From the NCBI GenBank assembly GCA_951406725.2, contig OX597819.1, positions 60,760,001-60,824,000 of the forward strand: a stretch of DNA of 64,000 nt, written 5' to 3'. Origin of the DNA: Octopus vulgaris. Lineage: Eukaryota. Shown one piece after another: positions 12,445-24,116 of this stretch (position 1 is the first letter of the stretch; the number at the start of each line of letters is the position of its first letter). A model generated the notes under the pieces. That model was not told the DNA's origin. It was given only the letters and a program-made list of their open reading frames with translations, and ran no database searches. The position numbers were made by a program, and so were the translations under genes.

Positions 12445-12570
12445 ATTCAGTACAATCGTACAATGGTGCAATTAGGATTGTGTGCTTTCCGGCAAGGTTT
12501 GATAAAGGATGCTCATAATGCACTTGTTGATATCCTTTCCATTGGACGTGCGAAAGAATTGTTGGCTCAG
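12445..12570 (+). CDS. EIF3C: eIF3c exon
   Basis: [42 protein letters not shown]; CAG/GTTAGT. Confidence 0.96.
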
Positions 12571-12840
12571 GTTAGTAGTGTTGTTAGATTTTCACTCACC
12601 TTTCCTGATAGTTATTGCAATTTTTCCATCTAACGTCCACAACTTGGGTGGGAATTTTTCATTTTGCTCACTCTTTTAGTGCTTAAACTGAAATATTATT
12701 TTTGCATTTAGTTTTTTCCCCTATATGTTCTAAGTCTAAATCGGGTTTGGCTGGAGGCAGATAAAATAATTACCAGTTGTTTATTTGATTGATATTTCAA
12801 CCCAGTAACTTTAACCCAGACTTAATAAATTTTAAAGTTA

Positions 12841-13190
12841 TGCCAGTGCCACCTAACTGGCTCCCATACCAGTGGCATGCAAAAAACAACATTCGAGTGT
12901 GATTGTTGCCAGTGCCGCCTGACTGGCTCCCATACTGGTGGCATGTAAAAAGCACCGTTCAAGCGTGGTTGATGCCAGTACCGCCTGACTGGTCCCGTGT
13001 TGGTGACATGTAAAAAGCACCCTCTACACTCTAGGATTGGTTGGTGTTAAGAAGGGCATCTAGCTGTAGAAACATTGCCAAATCAGATTGGAGCTTGGTA
13101 TAACCTTCTGGCTTGCCAGCCCCCAGTCAAATCGTCTAACCCATGCTAGCATGGAAAGCAGACGTTAAACGACGACGATATTGATGATGA
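12841..13190 (+). mobile_element. RTE 3'-end fragment
   Basis: Repeated GTGCCRGTGGCATGTAAAAAGCACC-type units, gaagggcatc motif and GAC/GAT tail. Confidence 0.78.
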
Positions 13191-14095
13191 TCTTCATTTT
13201 CACATTTTTAAACATGGTAGAATGAAGAAGCAGTTGAGTGCTGGATTAAATACTTTACAGTATTAAAATTTTTTTCTCTCTTTGATTTTTGAGTTCACAT
13301 CAATCCAGGAATGCCAAAAATAAGTTAGCCATCACGTAACAAACTTTCATCAATTGCTCCCCTTCCTTATAAGTCTATGGCTTTTTTGCCCCATGTAATA
13401 AATCATTTATTTGGAGTCCTGGAATACTGGATTAAATGCTTTGTAGCATTTCAAAAATTTTATCCTGTTTTAATTTTAAATCATTCTGGCTGTAGCACAA
13501 AGTGATAACCAGTAATGTTACACTTGAGATGATTCTTTTACTGTACCCTTTCAAGAAAATTCTGCTGCCTACCATTATCAAATGAAATAATAAAGTTGTA
13601 TTGAATTACTTGAGTTTCCTCATTCATTTGAAATATTTGGATGTATCTCCATTATTATGACCATTAATCTAAATTGGCAAATAAGGTAATGAAATCTGGA
13701 ACGTGCTTAGACCTCCCCCTCTCTCTCTCTCTCTCTCTTTTTATGTGTGTGCGTGTGTGTGTGTATAATATATACATGTGTATGTTTAAGAAGCTTGCTT
13801 CCCAACCATGTGATCTCAGATTCAATCCCATTGTGCAGCACCTTGAGCACCTTTATAGCCTGGGGCTGACCAGAGTCTTGTGAGTGGATTTGGTAGATGG
13901 AAACAGAAAGAAGCTTGTCATATGTATGTGTGTGTGAATATTTGTATGAGACCGTCAAAATAGTTTTTGTTATCTTCAAGAAGTTAATCTTTAATAAGTT
14001 TTTTTTTAATGCTCTTGTTCAAATATTTATTCAAATGTGTTCTTTTTGTATGAAATATTTAAACAATTTTGACTTGAATTTTGTCTCGTTTGCAG

Positions 14096-14249
14096 GGTTT
14101 ACTTTTACAAAGACAACATGAACGGACTCCAGAGCAAGAATTGATAGAGAAGCGTAGACAGATGCCTTACCATATGCATATTAATTTAGAACTCTTGGAA
14201 TGTGTATATTTGGTTTCAGCTATGCTTATTGAAATACCATACATGGCAG
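14096..14249 (+). CDS. EIF3C: eIF3c exon
   Basis: [51 protein letters not shown]; CAG/GTATAG. Confidence 0.96.
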
Positions 14250-14969
14250 GTATAGTAATCGTTTCAAATCAATTTTATTGTTTGCACCTAAAAACATTGA
14301 AGAAAGTAACAGAACGAGTATAGTGAAATTGCTATGGGGGAGTTGAATATGCAACTGTTCTTATGGTCACTTTAGCAATTCTCTATATTCTTAGCTATCA
14401 GTTTTCTTTTTTTTGTTTTAAATAAGATAGGAAAGAAGCTGCAGTATCCAAGATGTTTGCAGGTTTTTTCCAAGACTGTAGAGATCAATGTAGCTGATGC
14501 CTACCCTGAATATCTTTAGTTAATGCCTACCCTGAATATCTTTAGTTAATGCCTACAGGGAAGCTTGAGAGTTCATGAGCTTTTAATTTCCCTGTGTATC
14601 ATGCTGTACACTTAGACTTTTTCATCTATGTCATGCCTGATAACTATGGCGCAGGCATTGCTGCACCTAGTTTAGTTTTTATATTTTCTGTAAATTAAAT
14701 TACTTTATTAACAGTTCAACTATAACGAAGTAGAACCAGTTCCCAGTCAGACTGAACTGGGTAGGGTAATGTTTTTAGTGTAGCCAAGCAAGAGTAATGT
14801 ATACTATACAATTTTATGCATGGTTTAGTCCAACTTTAACTGTTGACATCAACCTGCCTGGGACTGGCCTTGTCTCTACCATATAAAATTCCTCTTTTGA
14901 AATAATCGTAATTAAAACCTTCCATCAAAATTCCATGTTGATTTATATTCCATACAGCAGCTTTATGAT

Positions 14970-15175
14970 ATTTTCTACTCTAAGCACAAGGCCTGAAATT
15001 TTGGGGGCCAGTCGATTGGATTGACCCAGTACGCAACTGGTACTTAATTTATTGACCCTGAAAGGATTAAAAGCAAGTTGATCTCTGCGGAATTTGATCT
15101 CAGAACATAAAGACAGATGAAATATCGTTAAGCATTTTGCCTGGCGTGCTAACATTTCTGCCAGCTTGCTGCCTT
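14970..15175 (-). mobile_element. SINE family B (another minus copy ~18460-18680)
   Basis: Reverse complement of the family B head and core. Confidence 0.75.
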
Positions 15176-15455
15176 ACACCCACTTTATAATGACTAATTT
15201 ATGTTAGTGAATTCTTAATTATTGCAACAAAGGCAGTGTATTCCAACAAAAATATGGCAACAAAATCGTTATCTCACAACTACGGTACTTCATGAAATTG
15301 TGTTTATGATGTCCTTTGGAGTTAAATCCATCAACTGTGATGTGTATATTTAGTTATCCATTAGAGAAAATAAGGTTTTTCTAAAAAATTCATTTTTTTC
15401 AGTTTTTAAATAATTTTATTTTTGATTATTTATGATTTACAATCTTGTATTCCAG

Positions 15456-15649
15456 CGCATGAGTTTGATGCGAGGAGACGCATGATCAGTCGTAATTATC
15501 ACAATCTGCTGCGGAACAGTGAGAGGCAGACCTTGACTGGCCCTCCAGAGAGCATGAGGGAGCACATTGTGGCTGCTTCAAAGGCAATGAAAGTTGGAGA
15601 TTGGGAGGCCTGCAAGAATTTTGTTATTAATGAGAAAATGAATGGAAAG
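15456..15649 (+). CDS. EIF3C: eIF3c exon (PCI region)
   Basis: [65 protein letters not shown]; CAG/GTAAGT. Confidence 0.96.
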
Positions 15650-16546
15650 GTAAGTTTCTACTTATTTATGAATGTGTGTTTACACGTATGCACACATACA
15701 TCCACAGGTATTCATAATTACATACACAGCCATATTAACACATACGCTCACAACGTGCCTTTGCACTGTTTTCACCTACCAAGCTTTCCTTACAAATGTC
15801 TCAAAGTGCATTATATTTTATTTCATTTGCTATAGGAGAAAAAAACTTGTTAATCATTTTTTTTTTGCAAGCATAATGGAGAAGCAATATCAAGGGGGAT
15901 AATTCAGTGATACTCTTACAAGTTAGTTGGGACTCTATAGAGAAGGAAATTTATTTTAACTATTAATTTAAAAGTTCGAGCAGAGACTTCATTTTATGTA
16001 CAGCTATACTAGTTTTAGTTTCCTGGCTTGGCTGTTTCAAAGTATTGTGTAGACCAAAATGTAATTTCATCATATATTGTAATCATATTTTTTAACATAC
16101 ATCTTGTGATCACCCTTTTCACAATAACTCAAAGGGCTGTTAGAAATCATATATTTGCTTTTGGAAGTTACAGGATATAGATTTGAATTAACCCTTTAAC
16201 CTTCAGATTACTCAATCAGATGTAATACTTCTTTATTCACATTGTTTTGAATTAATCATGAAGCTTTGGAGATTTCAATGATGTGATTGCTCATATTTAG
16301 AATGGCATTGTAAATAGGTCTGAGAGGCTGGATCTGGCCAGTTTAAACCCAAAATAGGTAGAATATTTGGACTGGATATGGTCAGTCTAAACACTAAAGG
16401 ACGAAAGTAACCTGGATATTGATTACTCTATCATCATTCAGATGTTTTATTACAATTGATTATTTATATTGTATTATTAATTTCAATAATTGGGAATGTT
16501 TTGTCATAATTATTATATTGCATCAGCTATTTGTATAACTATCTTT

Positions 16547-17002
16547 CATCATTATCATCGTTGTCGTTTAACGTCTGCTTTCCAGCCTGGCATGGGTTGG
16601 ACAGTTTGACTTAGGACTGGCAAGCAAGAAGGCTGTACCAGGCTCCAATCTGATCTGGCAAGGTTTTTACAGCTTGATGCCCTTCTTAATGCCAACCACT
16701 CCAAGAGTGTAGTGGGTGCTTTTTATGTACCACCAACACGAGGGCTAGTCAGGCAGTACTGGCATCAACCACACTTTAGTGGTGCTTTTTACGTGCCACT
16801 GGCACAGGTCCAGTCAGGCAGTACTGGCAATGGTCATGCTCGAATGGTTCTTTTTACATGCCCCCCCCCCCCCCCGGCACGGGACCAGTCAGGCAGCACT
16901 GGCAACTACCATACTCGAATGGTTCTTTTTATGTGCCACTGGCATGGGACCAGTCAAGGGCATTGGCATTGACCATACTGGAATGGTATTTTTTACATGC
17001 CA
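16547..17002 (-). mobile_element. RTE 3'-end fragment
   Basis: (CAT)n tail then about five tandem TGCCACTGGCAC-type units, as in 10397-10760. Confidence 0.78.
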
Positions 17003-17348
17003 TTTCCATTATTGTGAAGAAAAGAAAAATCTAACATTCCAGATGGTCAGCTTCAATAGTTTAAAACTAAAGGCAATTATTATATTCACTTTTTTTGTTT
17101 TTTTTTACCACCACACTGCACCCCAACACTAAAACTGTACATATAACGAGCTTGAAATAACTGTTACCTCAAATTACACATTAAAGTCTTCTGAAAAAAA
17201 AAAGATACATTGGATAATGTTGTCCTGTAGTTTTTATTGAGTTTTTTTTTGTTTTTGCCACTGTTTATAGCATTTGTGGAACTAAATTATGCATTTTTTA
17301 AAACATTTTTCATTATTTTAAAATTGAATTTTTTTGTATTTTTTTAAG

Positions 17349-17552
17349 GTTTGGGATTTGTTTTTACAAGCTGATAAAGTCCGCCAGCTTATTACTCAAA
17401 AGATTCAAGAAGAGAGTCTTCGCACCTATTTGTTCACCTACAGCAGTGTTTATGACACCCTCAGTATGCATGCTCTCAGTGAAATGTTTCAACTGACTCC
17501 CCCTGTTGTCCACTCTATCATCAGCAAGATGATCCTTAATGAAGAGCTTATG
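17349..17552 (+). CDS. EIF3C: eIF3c exon (PCI winged helix)
   Basis: [68 protein letters not shown]; AAG/GTAAAT. Confidence 0.96.
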
Positions 17553-17610
17553 GTAAATATTTTTGTTTTTCAATAGAGTCTCTCAGTAGTTAGTCTATAT
17601 TTATCTGTTT

Positions 17611-17950
17611 GAAGGCACAAAGCTCAGTGGTTAGAACATTGGGTTTACAATTGTGCGGTTGTGAGTTCGATTCCCTGACCAAGCTGTGTGTTGTGCTCTT
17701 GAGTAAGACACTTTATTTTACATTGCTCCAGTTCACTTAGTTGTAGAAATGAGTTACAATGTCACTGATGCCAAGTTTTATCAGCCTTTGCCTTCCAATT
17801 GGACTGCATTAGTGTCATGGAGAGGGGAGACCCAATATACATAGGTGGCTGCTGGTCTTCCACAAACAACCTTGCCTGGACTTGTGCTTCAGAAGGGAAT
17901 TTTCTAGATGCAACCCCATGATCATTTGTAAACGAAGGGGTACTTTACCC
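17611..17950 (+). mobile_element. tRNA-derived SINE family D (minus copies ~37083-37410 and ~45277-45592)
   Basis: A-box GCTCAGTGGTTAGA, B-box GAGTTCGATTCC; body shared among the three copies. Confidence 0.72.
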
Positions 17951-19372
17951 TATTTGATTATTTAATGTTTCTGCAACCCGTGGACACACTTATAAAATCA
18001 AAACAGCACAGCATCCACAACTTCTGGGCACGTTTTTCCAAGTTCAGCATTGTCGATGCATGGAGTAATGCATCCTTCAAAGATTCCATGCTTCTTGAAA
18101 CTTATTATTAACACTACTCTTGATGTGTACATGGAGCTTTTCCTCTTTATTTCTCTTTTCCTATTTGCTTTTCTGTCATATCTTGCTTTACCCTGTATAC
18201 TTTGTACTTTAGGCTATCCTTTCTGTCTCTACTTGACTTATTGCTGCTTTCCTTCTCGCCTTTAACTCTTTTCTGATGAGTTGTATGTAGTGCACTTGAG
18301 CACTGTATACCATAAACTCATAGTTTATGTATATTTATTTAGGTATATTTCATTAATTTTGCATTCAGTATTTTAACCCTCTTATTTTAGCTTCAGAATA
18401 TTTATGCTTGCATGTGTATTTCACAATTAATTGAAAACCTAATACTTAACGAGACAATAATCTTTTCTACTATAGGCACAAGGCCTGAAATTTGGTGGGA
18501 GGGAACTAGTCGATTAGATTAACTCCCAGTACGCAACTGGTACTTATTTAATTGACCCCAAAAGGATGAAAGGTAAAGTTGACCTTGGCGGAATTTGAAC
18601 TCAGAACATAAAGACAGACGAAATACTACCGCTAAACGTTTTACCTGGTGTGCTAACGATTCTGCCAGCTTGCCGCCTTAATGAGGCAATAATCTAAAAT
18701 AATAATGTTTTCTTTATGTTGTTGTGAATTAGCTGATGGAACCTGCCATGAATCAATATTTACTGCTAACCTCAACATATTAAGGTAGCTAATCTGATGT
18801 TACTTTATTAAGCGTTTTGCTATATATTTATGCAAATGCTGCAGTATATTCTGATATTTTCTCTTTGTCTTTGTATGGATGCAGCTATGTTCAGAGAATT
18901 CAGATCTTCTTGAGGCAATAAATTTTAACAGTATACAGTATTTTCTACATTATTATTCAGTTAAGTGGTCTAGTATCTGAAAATTTTGTTTAGCTTCCTG
19001 TTTGAAATATACACCATAGCAGACAAGACCCCCACCTCCATCCCAAAGGGGATGGGGGCAAAAAATCACTCCAGATCCTATAAATGAAGTTGGACCTCCC
19101 ATGAGCTTTAATGCACTAAAAACTATTTTTCCTGAAAATATGCTGCTGAAATTGGTGTGCATCTAATGTTTGCATGTCATCAAATACAGTGTAAAGTAGT
19201 ATAGTGTATAAAACTTGAGTCCATTGACTTTTACAAGAATTGGCTATGAAACAGACTTATTTTGAATTCCTAGTACAAAGGCTATATGTAAATCAGGCTT
19301 GTTATATTAAATTCTTAAATATGTTTGTTATGGAATATCAAATTAAATTTTTGTTTTTCTTAAATTCAATAG

Positions 19373-19532
19373 GCGTCCCTGGACGAGCCAACTCAAACTG
19401 TTGTTATGCATCGTACAGAACCAAGTCGCCTGCAATCTTTGGCTCTGCAATTATCCGAGAAAGTGGCCAATTTGGTGGAAAACAATGAGCGTATACTGGA
19501 AAATAAACCTGGTCTTAACTACTATAAGTCTG
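19373..19532 (+). CDS. EIF3C: eIF3c exon
   Basis: [53 protein letters not shown] (human [17 protein letters not shown]); TAG/GTGAGC. This frame is not in the supplied ORF track. Confidence 0.95.
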
Positions 19533-19658
19533 GTGAGCAGGTTTTTTCTTTTAGTTTCTTTTATATCTACTAAAGTGTAAAGAAAAAATGTTTAAGGGAC
19601 ATCAAGTCTCTTAGTTGCTTTAATATGTCTCCACACCATATTTTGGCTATTTTGCTTG

Positions 19659-19706
<48 letters not shown>

Positions 19707-20721
19707 TATTTGTCCAATCCATGCCAGCATGGAAAACGGATGTTAAATGATGATATATGAGATGCATGCAGGTGTGGTTCCATCCTTGCAGTGTGTAGTT
19801 GTGTGGTTAAGATGTTTGCTTCTCAATTACATGGTTGTGGGTTCAGTCCTATTGTGTAATACCTCGGGCAAGTTCCTTGCACTATAGCCTTATGATTGGA
19901 TTTTGTAGAGAGAAACTAAAACAAACCCATCATGTGTGTGTGTATATTCCTCCTTGTCCTGACATTATGTGGTTATTGTAAATGAATGTCATTTATTTCC
20001 AATATTCTGCAGAAACATGTCTGGCCAATGGGAAATATTACCTTGCTTGGAAGGAGGGAAGGGTTGGCAACAGGAAGGGCATCTGGCCATTGCTAATTTG
20101 CTTCAATAAACTCTGATCCATGCAAGCATAGAAAAGTGGACACAAAAAAGAAAAAAGATAGATGTGTGTGTGTGTGTGTGTGTATTTGATCGTGTTGTGT
20201 CTGTTTCTCTATGTTAGTCTGGGTTAGACAAATATATATATGTGCAAAGTATGTGTTTATTTATAATACACGTATATGTGTGTATATATTGAGGCAGCCA
20301 AGCCCTTCCATACACATGCCATTTACAAAATGGTTGTTGCACATGACTATAAACCTTAAATTGAACCTGGGTTATTAATTCACTTCTGTGAAAGCTTTCT
20401 TTCCCGACTGTGATATTTCCTGGATATTTTGCTACTTGTAATCTGAGATATTTAATGTTCTGAATTTCTGGAACCTCCATGCTTCCTGAAATTCACCAAC
20501 ACTACACCTGTAACCCCACCACACACATGTATATCATGACTCATACACTGTTCACTTTTCTGGCTTTTGTACATAATTCTATGCACTGTACATGCACCTT
20601 TGATGAGTTGTATGGCACCTGGACACCATACACAATAATTTCATTATCTTTATAATAAAAATGGACTCTCTTTATAATTATGTGTAATAATAATGATAAT
20701 AATATTGAAATTTCTTATTAG

Positions 20722-20892
20722 GTTATGATAACAATCAACAATCTGGCCGTTGGAATAAACGAGACAACAACCAATGGAATAAACGTGGAGATTCAAAATG
20801 GGGTGGAAGAAATGACCGTTCTGGAAACTGGACTGATAGAGAAAAACGCGATAACTGGAAGCAGAGGGATCGTGACCAGTGGGGAATTAAAT
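20722..20892 (+). CDS. EIF3C: eIF3c penultimate exon, Trp/Arg/Asn/Asp-rich low-complexity tail
   Basis: ttcttattAG acceptor, GTGAGT donor, phase 1-1, 171 nt. In frame it reads GYDNNQQSGRWNKRDNNQWNKRGDSKWGGRNDRSGNWTDREKRDNWKQRDRDQWGIK. Supported by splice signals, phase and composition, not by homology. Confidence 0.8.
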
Positions 20893-21983
20893 GTGAGTGA
20901 AATTCCTTTTATTTTTTTGTCTGTTTTACATTCATATTGGTTTGAGATATTTGTCTGAATATTTGTGGAAAGTATTATAACGCTGTTATTTTATCATGAA
21001 TTGATTAATGGTAGTAATGAAGGTAATTTTGAATATTGTTTAGACTGTTGAATTCAGTTCAGTAAACTCTCAGTTACTGAGCCTCTAAAAGTTATAGTAA
21101 CACCTTTATTTGTACATTAAAGTTAAGCTCTAAACAAACTAAGCTTGGGAACATTTTGGGTTGAGCCCCACTCTGTGGCACCTTGGGCAAAATGTCCTTT
21201 GGACTCAGATTGATCAAAGCTTTGGTAACAGGAAACTGAGAGAAGTCCATCACATATATATATATACACACACACACTTATGCATATGTGTGTGTTAGTG
21301 TGTCCTTGTCTTGATATCTTGTGATAGTTCTAAATGTGCATTATGGTCTCCTTTATTTCCAATTTTCCATGAAACCATGTTGGGCTGTGGGGAAATATTA
21401 CCTTACTTGAAAACAGGTGACCATTAGCAACAGGTGATGAGCTTGCAGAATCGTTAGCAAGCCAGACAAAATGCTTTGTGGTATCTTGTCTGTGTTCAAT
21501 CCCACTACCTGGCATCTTTGGCAAGTGTCTTCTACGATAGCCTCGGTCCAACCCCAAAAAGTCTTCTGAGAGGATTTAGTAGACGAAAACATGTGTTATC
21601 GTCATGTGAAAGAATCCGATAACATGAAGCAGGTTTGAATCTCAGTGTTTCTATATTAACCTTATCAAGCCATATTCCTGCCATAGCAGGAATAAGTTAA
21701 GCATCATTAGCATTAATGAACAACACACATAGAAAAAGATGTTACTGATTCTGTCTGTTAGTTTGCCTGCATCTACAGCTCAAGATTAATCTTGAGCTGT
21801 AGATGCAGCTATTTTTTTTTTGTGCTCAGGAGCCCCGGTGGAGGGTAAAGTTACATAGGGGCCCAGGTCTGAGGGGGGTTAAAAATAGAAGCAGTTTAAC
21901 ATGTCAGTGTAATGCATTATTAAATCTTGTTGATTATTTTATAGCTTACCATTAATGAACCTTCTTTTGTCTTTCTTTTGCAG

Positions 21984-22021
21984 TGGGTCGCCGTCCTAAC
22001 AGGAATACTCGTAATTATTAA
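21984..22021 (+). CDS. EIF3C: eIF3c terminal coding exon
   Basis: Strong pyrimidine tract + CAG at 21981-21983; phase 1 gives LGRRPNRNTRNY-TAA; AATAAA follows about 125 nt later. Confidence 0.78.
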
Positions 22022-22145
22022 CCCACGTGGGATTCTAATTGAAGTTAAAATGCTTTATTTGACACGGCATGGATATTTTATATCAGAACAAACAAAACAA
22101 AAAAAAGTTGCTTATACTCCTCTCTGTTTCTGTATCCAAATAGCA

Positions 22146-22151
22146 AATAAA
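22146..22151 (+). terminator. Probable eIF3c polyadenylation signal
   Basis: AATAAA followed by a GT/T-rich stretch (gtttgtttcatt). A second AATAAA lies at 22634-22639. Confidence 0.55.
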
Positions 22152-22189
22152 GAATTTAAGGAAATATGAAGTTTGTTTCATTATATTTA

Positions 22190-22575
22190 ATCACCATCAT
22201 CGTTTAATGTCCATTTTCCATGCTGGCATGGGTTGGGTGGTTTGACTGAGGTCTGGAAAGCCAGCGGCTGCACCAGGCTCCAATCTGATCTGGCAAAGTT
22301 TCTACGGCTGGATGCCCTTACTAATGCCAACCACTCTGCTAGTGTAGAGTGTGCTTTTATGTGCCACCAGCACAGGAGCCAGTCAGGTGGGTCTGGCATC
22401 GATCACATTTGGATAGTGGTTTTTATGTGCCACCGGCATGGGAACCAGTCAGAGGGTACTGGCATCGGCGATGTTCGGATGGTGCTTTTTACATGCCACC
22501 GGTACGGGAGCCAGTCGGGGCACTGGCCACAGCTACGATTTTAGTTTTACTTGACTCAACAGGTCTTCTCAAGCA
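22190..22575 (-). mobile_element. RTE 3'-end fragment immediately after the eIF3c polyA signal
   Basis: Same 3' UTR and tail family as 10397-10980. Confidence 0.78.
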
Positions 22576-23445
22576 TATCATCACCCGACGCATCAATTTT
22601 ACTCTTAACTGGGCTGGACATGCATTTCCCTTGAATAAACTGTTATTTTTATAGATGTGCTCATGAAATTTCGCTTTGCCATATCATTTGGTATACAAAA
22701 TCACAATCGATCTTGGTCCCGTTTTGTTACATGAACAGTGAGAAAAACAACCTATGAATGATTCCGAGTCAGTTTGTGGTTGTCAGAGATTTTGTAGGTC
22801 ATGATTAGCTGAGTCTGTTCTGTAAATACTTGAGTTCTGAAACAATCCACTGTGGTCCATTGATGTCTAGTAGGGTATAAGAAGGAGGAAGTTATACTGC
22901 CCTGGTCACCAGTAGAGTATGAAATCATTGTTATTTTACGAGACCCACGACAGTCCAAACTGAGCAGTTCAATGACCACCATACGTTTTTATTTGGACAT
23001 ACTTTATTTGATGTCATAAACGATACATGGGCATAGATGCACTCTAATTTCCACAGCACATATTCAGGAAAAAGTCTTTTTGTGCATTATAGCTTATGAG
23101 AAGCTGAACTTCTCATATGGGAACTGGGGTGAGGTTTGTTTTATTTTGAAAGTTTTTTTAATTTATTTAATATATGTGTCGTATTAATGTAGTTTTAGTT
23201 TTTTAATACATTTTTAGATTTGGTTGCTATTTCTTGCAAGTTGAGCTACCATATGGAACAGTGTTTCTCAACTGGGGTCCATATGATTTTTGGTTGGTCC
23301 ATGCCAGCAAAATAGTAAATTAGGGATCCACAGTAATATTTTAAGGGTCTGAAAAAATTTTGATTTTAATGAATTTATTGCAAGAAAGAGGTTTCTGTCT
23401 CTAAGATTTTACACAGTTCATCCTACGGAAGTGAATGTATGAATA

Positions 23446-24116
23446 ACATCATCATCATCATTTAACGTCCGCTTTCCAGGCTAGCATGGGTTGGACGATT
23501 TGACTGAGGACTGGCGAACCAGATGGCTGCACCAGGCTCCAATCTTGATCTGGCAGAGTTTCTACAGCTGAATGCCCTTCCTAATGTCAACCACTCCGAG
23601 AGTGTAGTGGGTGCATTTACATGCCACCGGCACGAGGGCCAGTCAGGCGGTACTGGCAACGGCCACGCTCAAATGGTGTTTTTTACGTGCCACCTGCACA
23701 GGAGCCAGTCCAGCGGCACTGGCAACGACCTTGCTCGAATGTTTTTTCACATGCCACCAGCACAAGTGCCAGTAAGGCAACACTGGTAACGATCACGCTC
23801 GAATGGTGCCTTTTATGTGTCACCGGCACGGAAGCCAGTTAGCCGCTCTGGCAACGATCACGTCCAGATGGTGCTCTTAGAACTCCACTTGCACAGATGC
23901 CAGTCATTGAATTTGATTTCGATTTCGATTTCACCAGCCTCAACAGGTCTTCGCAAGCAGAGTTTAGTGTCCAATGAAGGAAAGGTATGCATAAGTGGAC
24001 TGGTTACACCCCTGGCATAGGCCACGAGGTTATGATCTCATTTGGCTTGCCAGGTCTTCTCAAGCACAGCATATTTCCAAAAGTTTCGGGCACTAGTCAT
24101 TGCTTCGGTGAGGCCT
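23446..24116 (-). mobile_element. RTE 3' fragment (ORF end + UTR) nested in a hAT MITE (~23259-24210)
   Basis: 24050-24116 matches the RTE ORF end at ~10990-11060. cagtgtttctcaac at 23259 and a degenerate ttgagatctattg at ~24198 bracket it. Confidence 0.78.

Noticed and set aside
12442-12450. Tandem acceptor CAG-ATT-CAG
   Set aside because: The upstream AG restores the conserved I-x-YNR motif; nothing in the sequence supports use of the second.
19240-19488. Supplied ORFs 19240-19488, 20725-20958 and 21978-22169
   Set aside because: Wrong reading frames overlapping real eIF3c exons.
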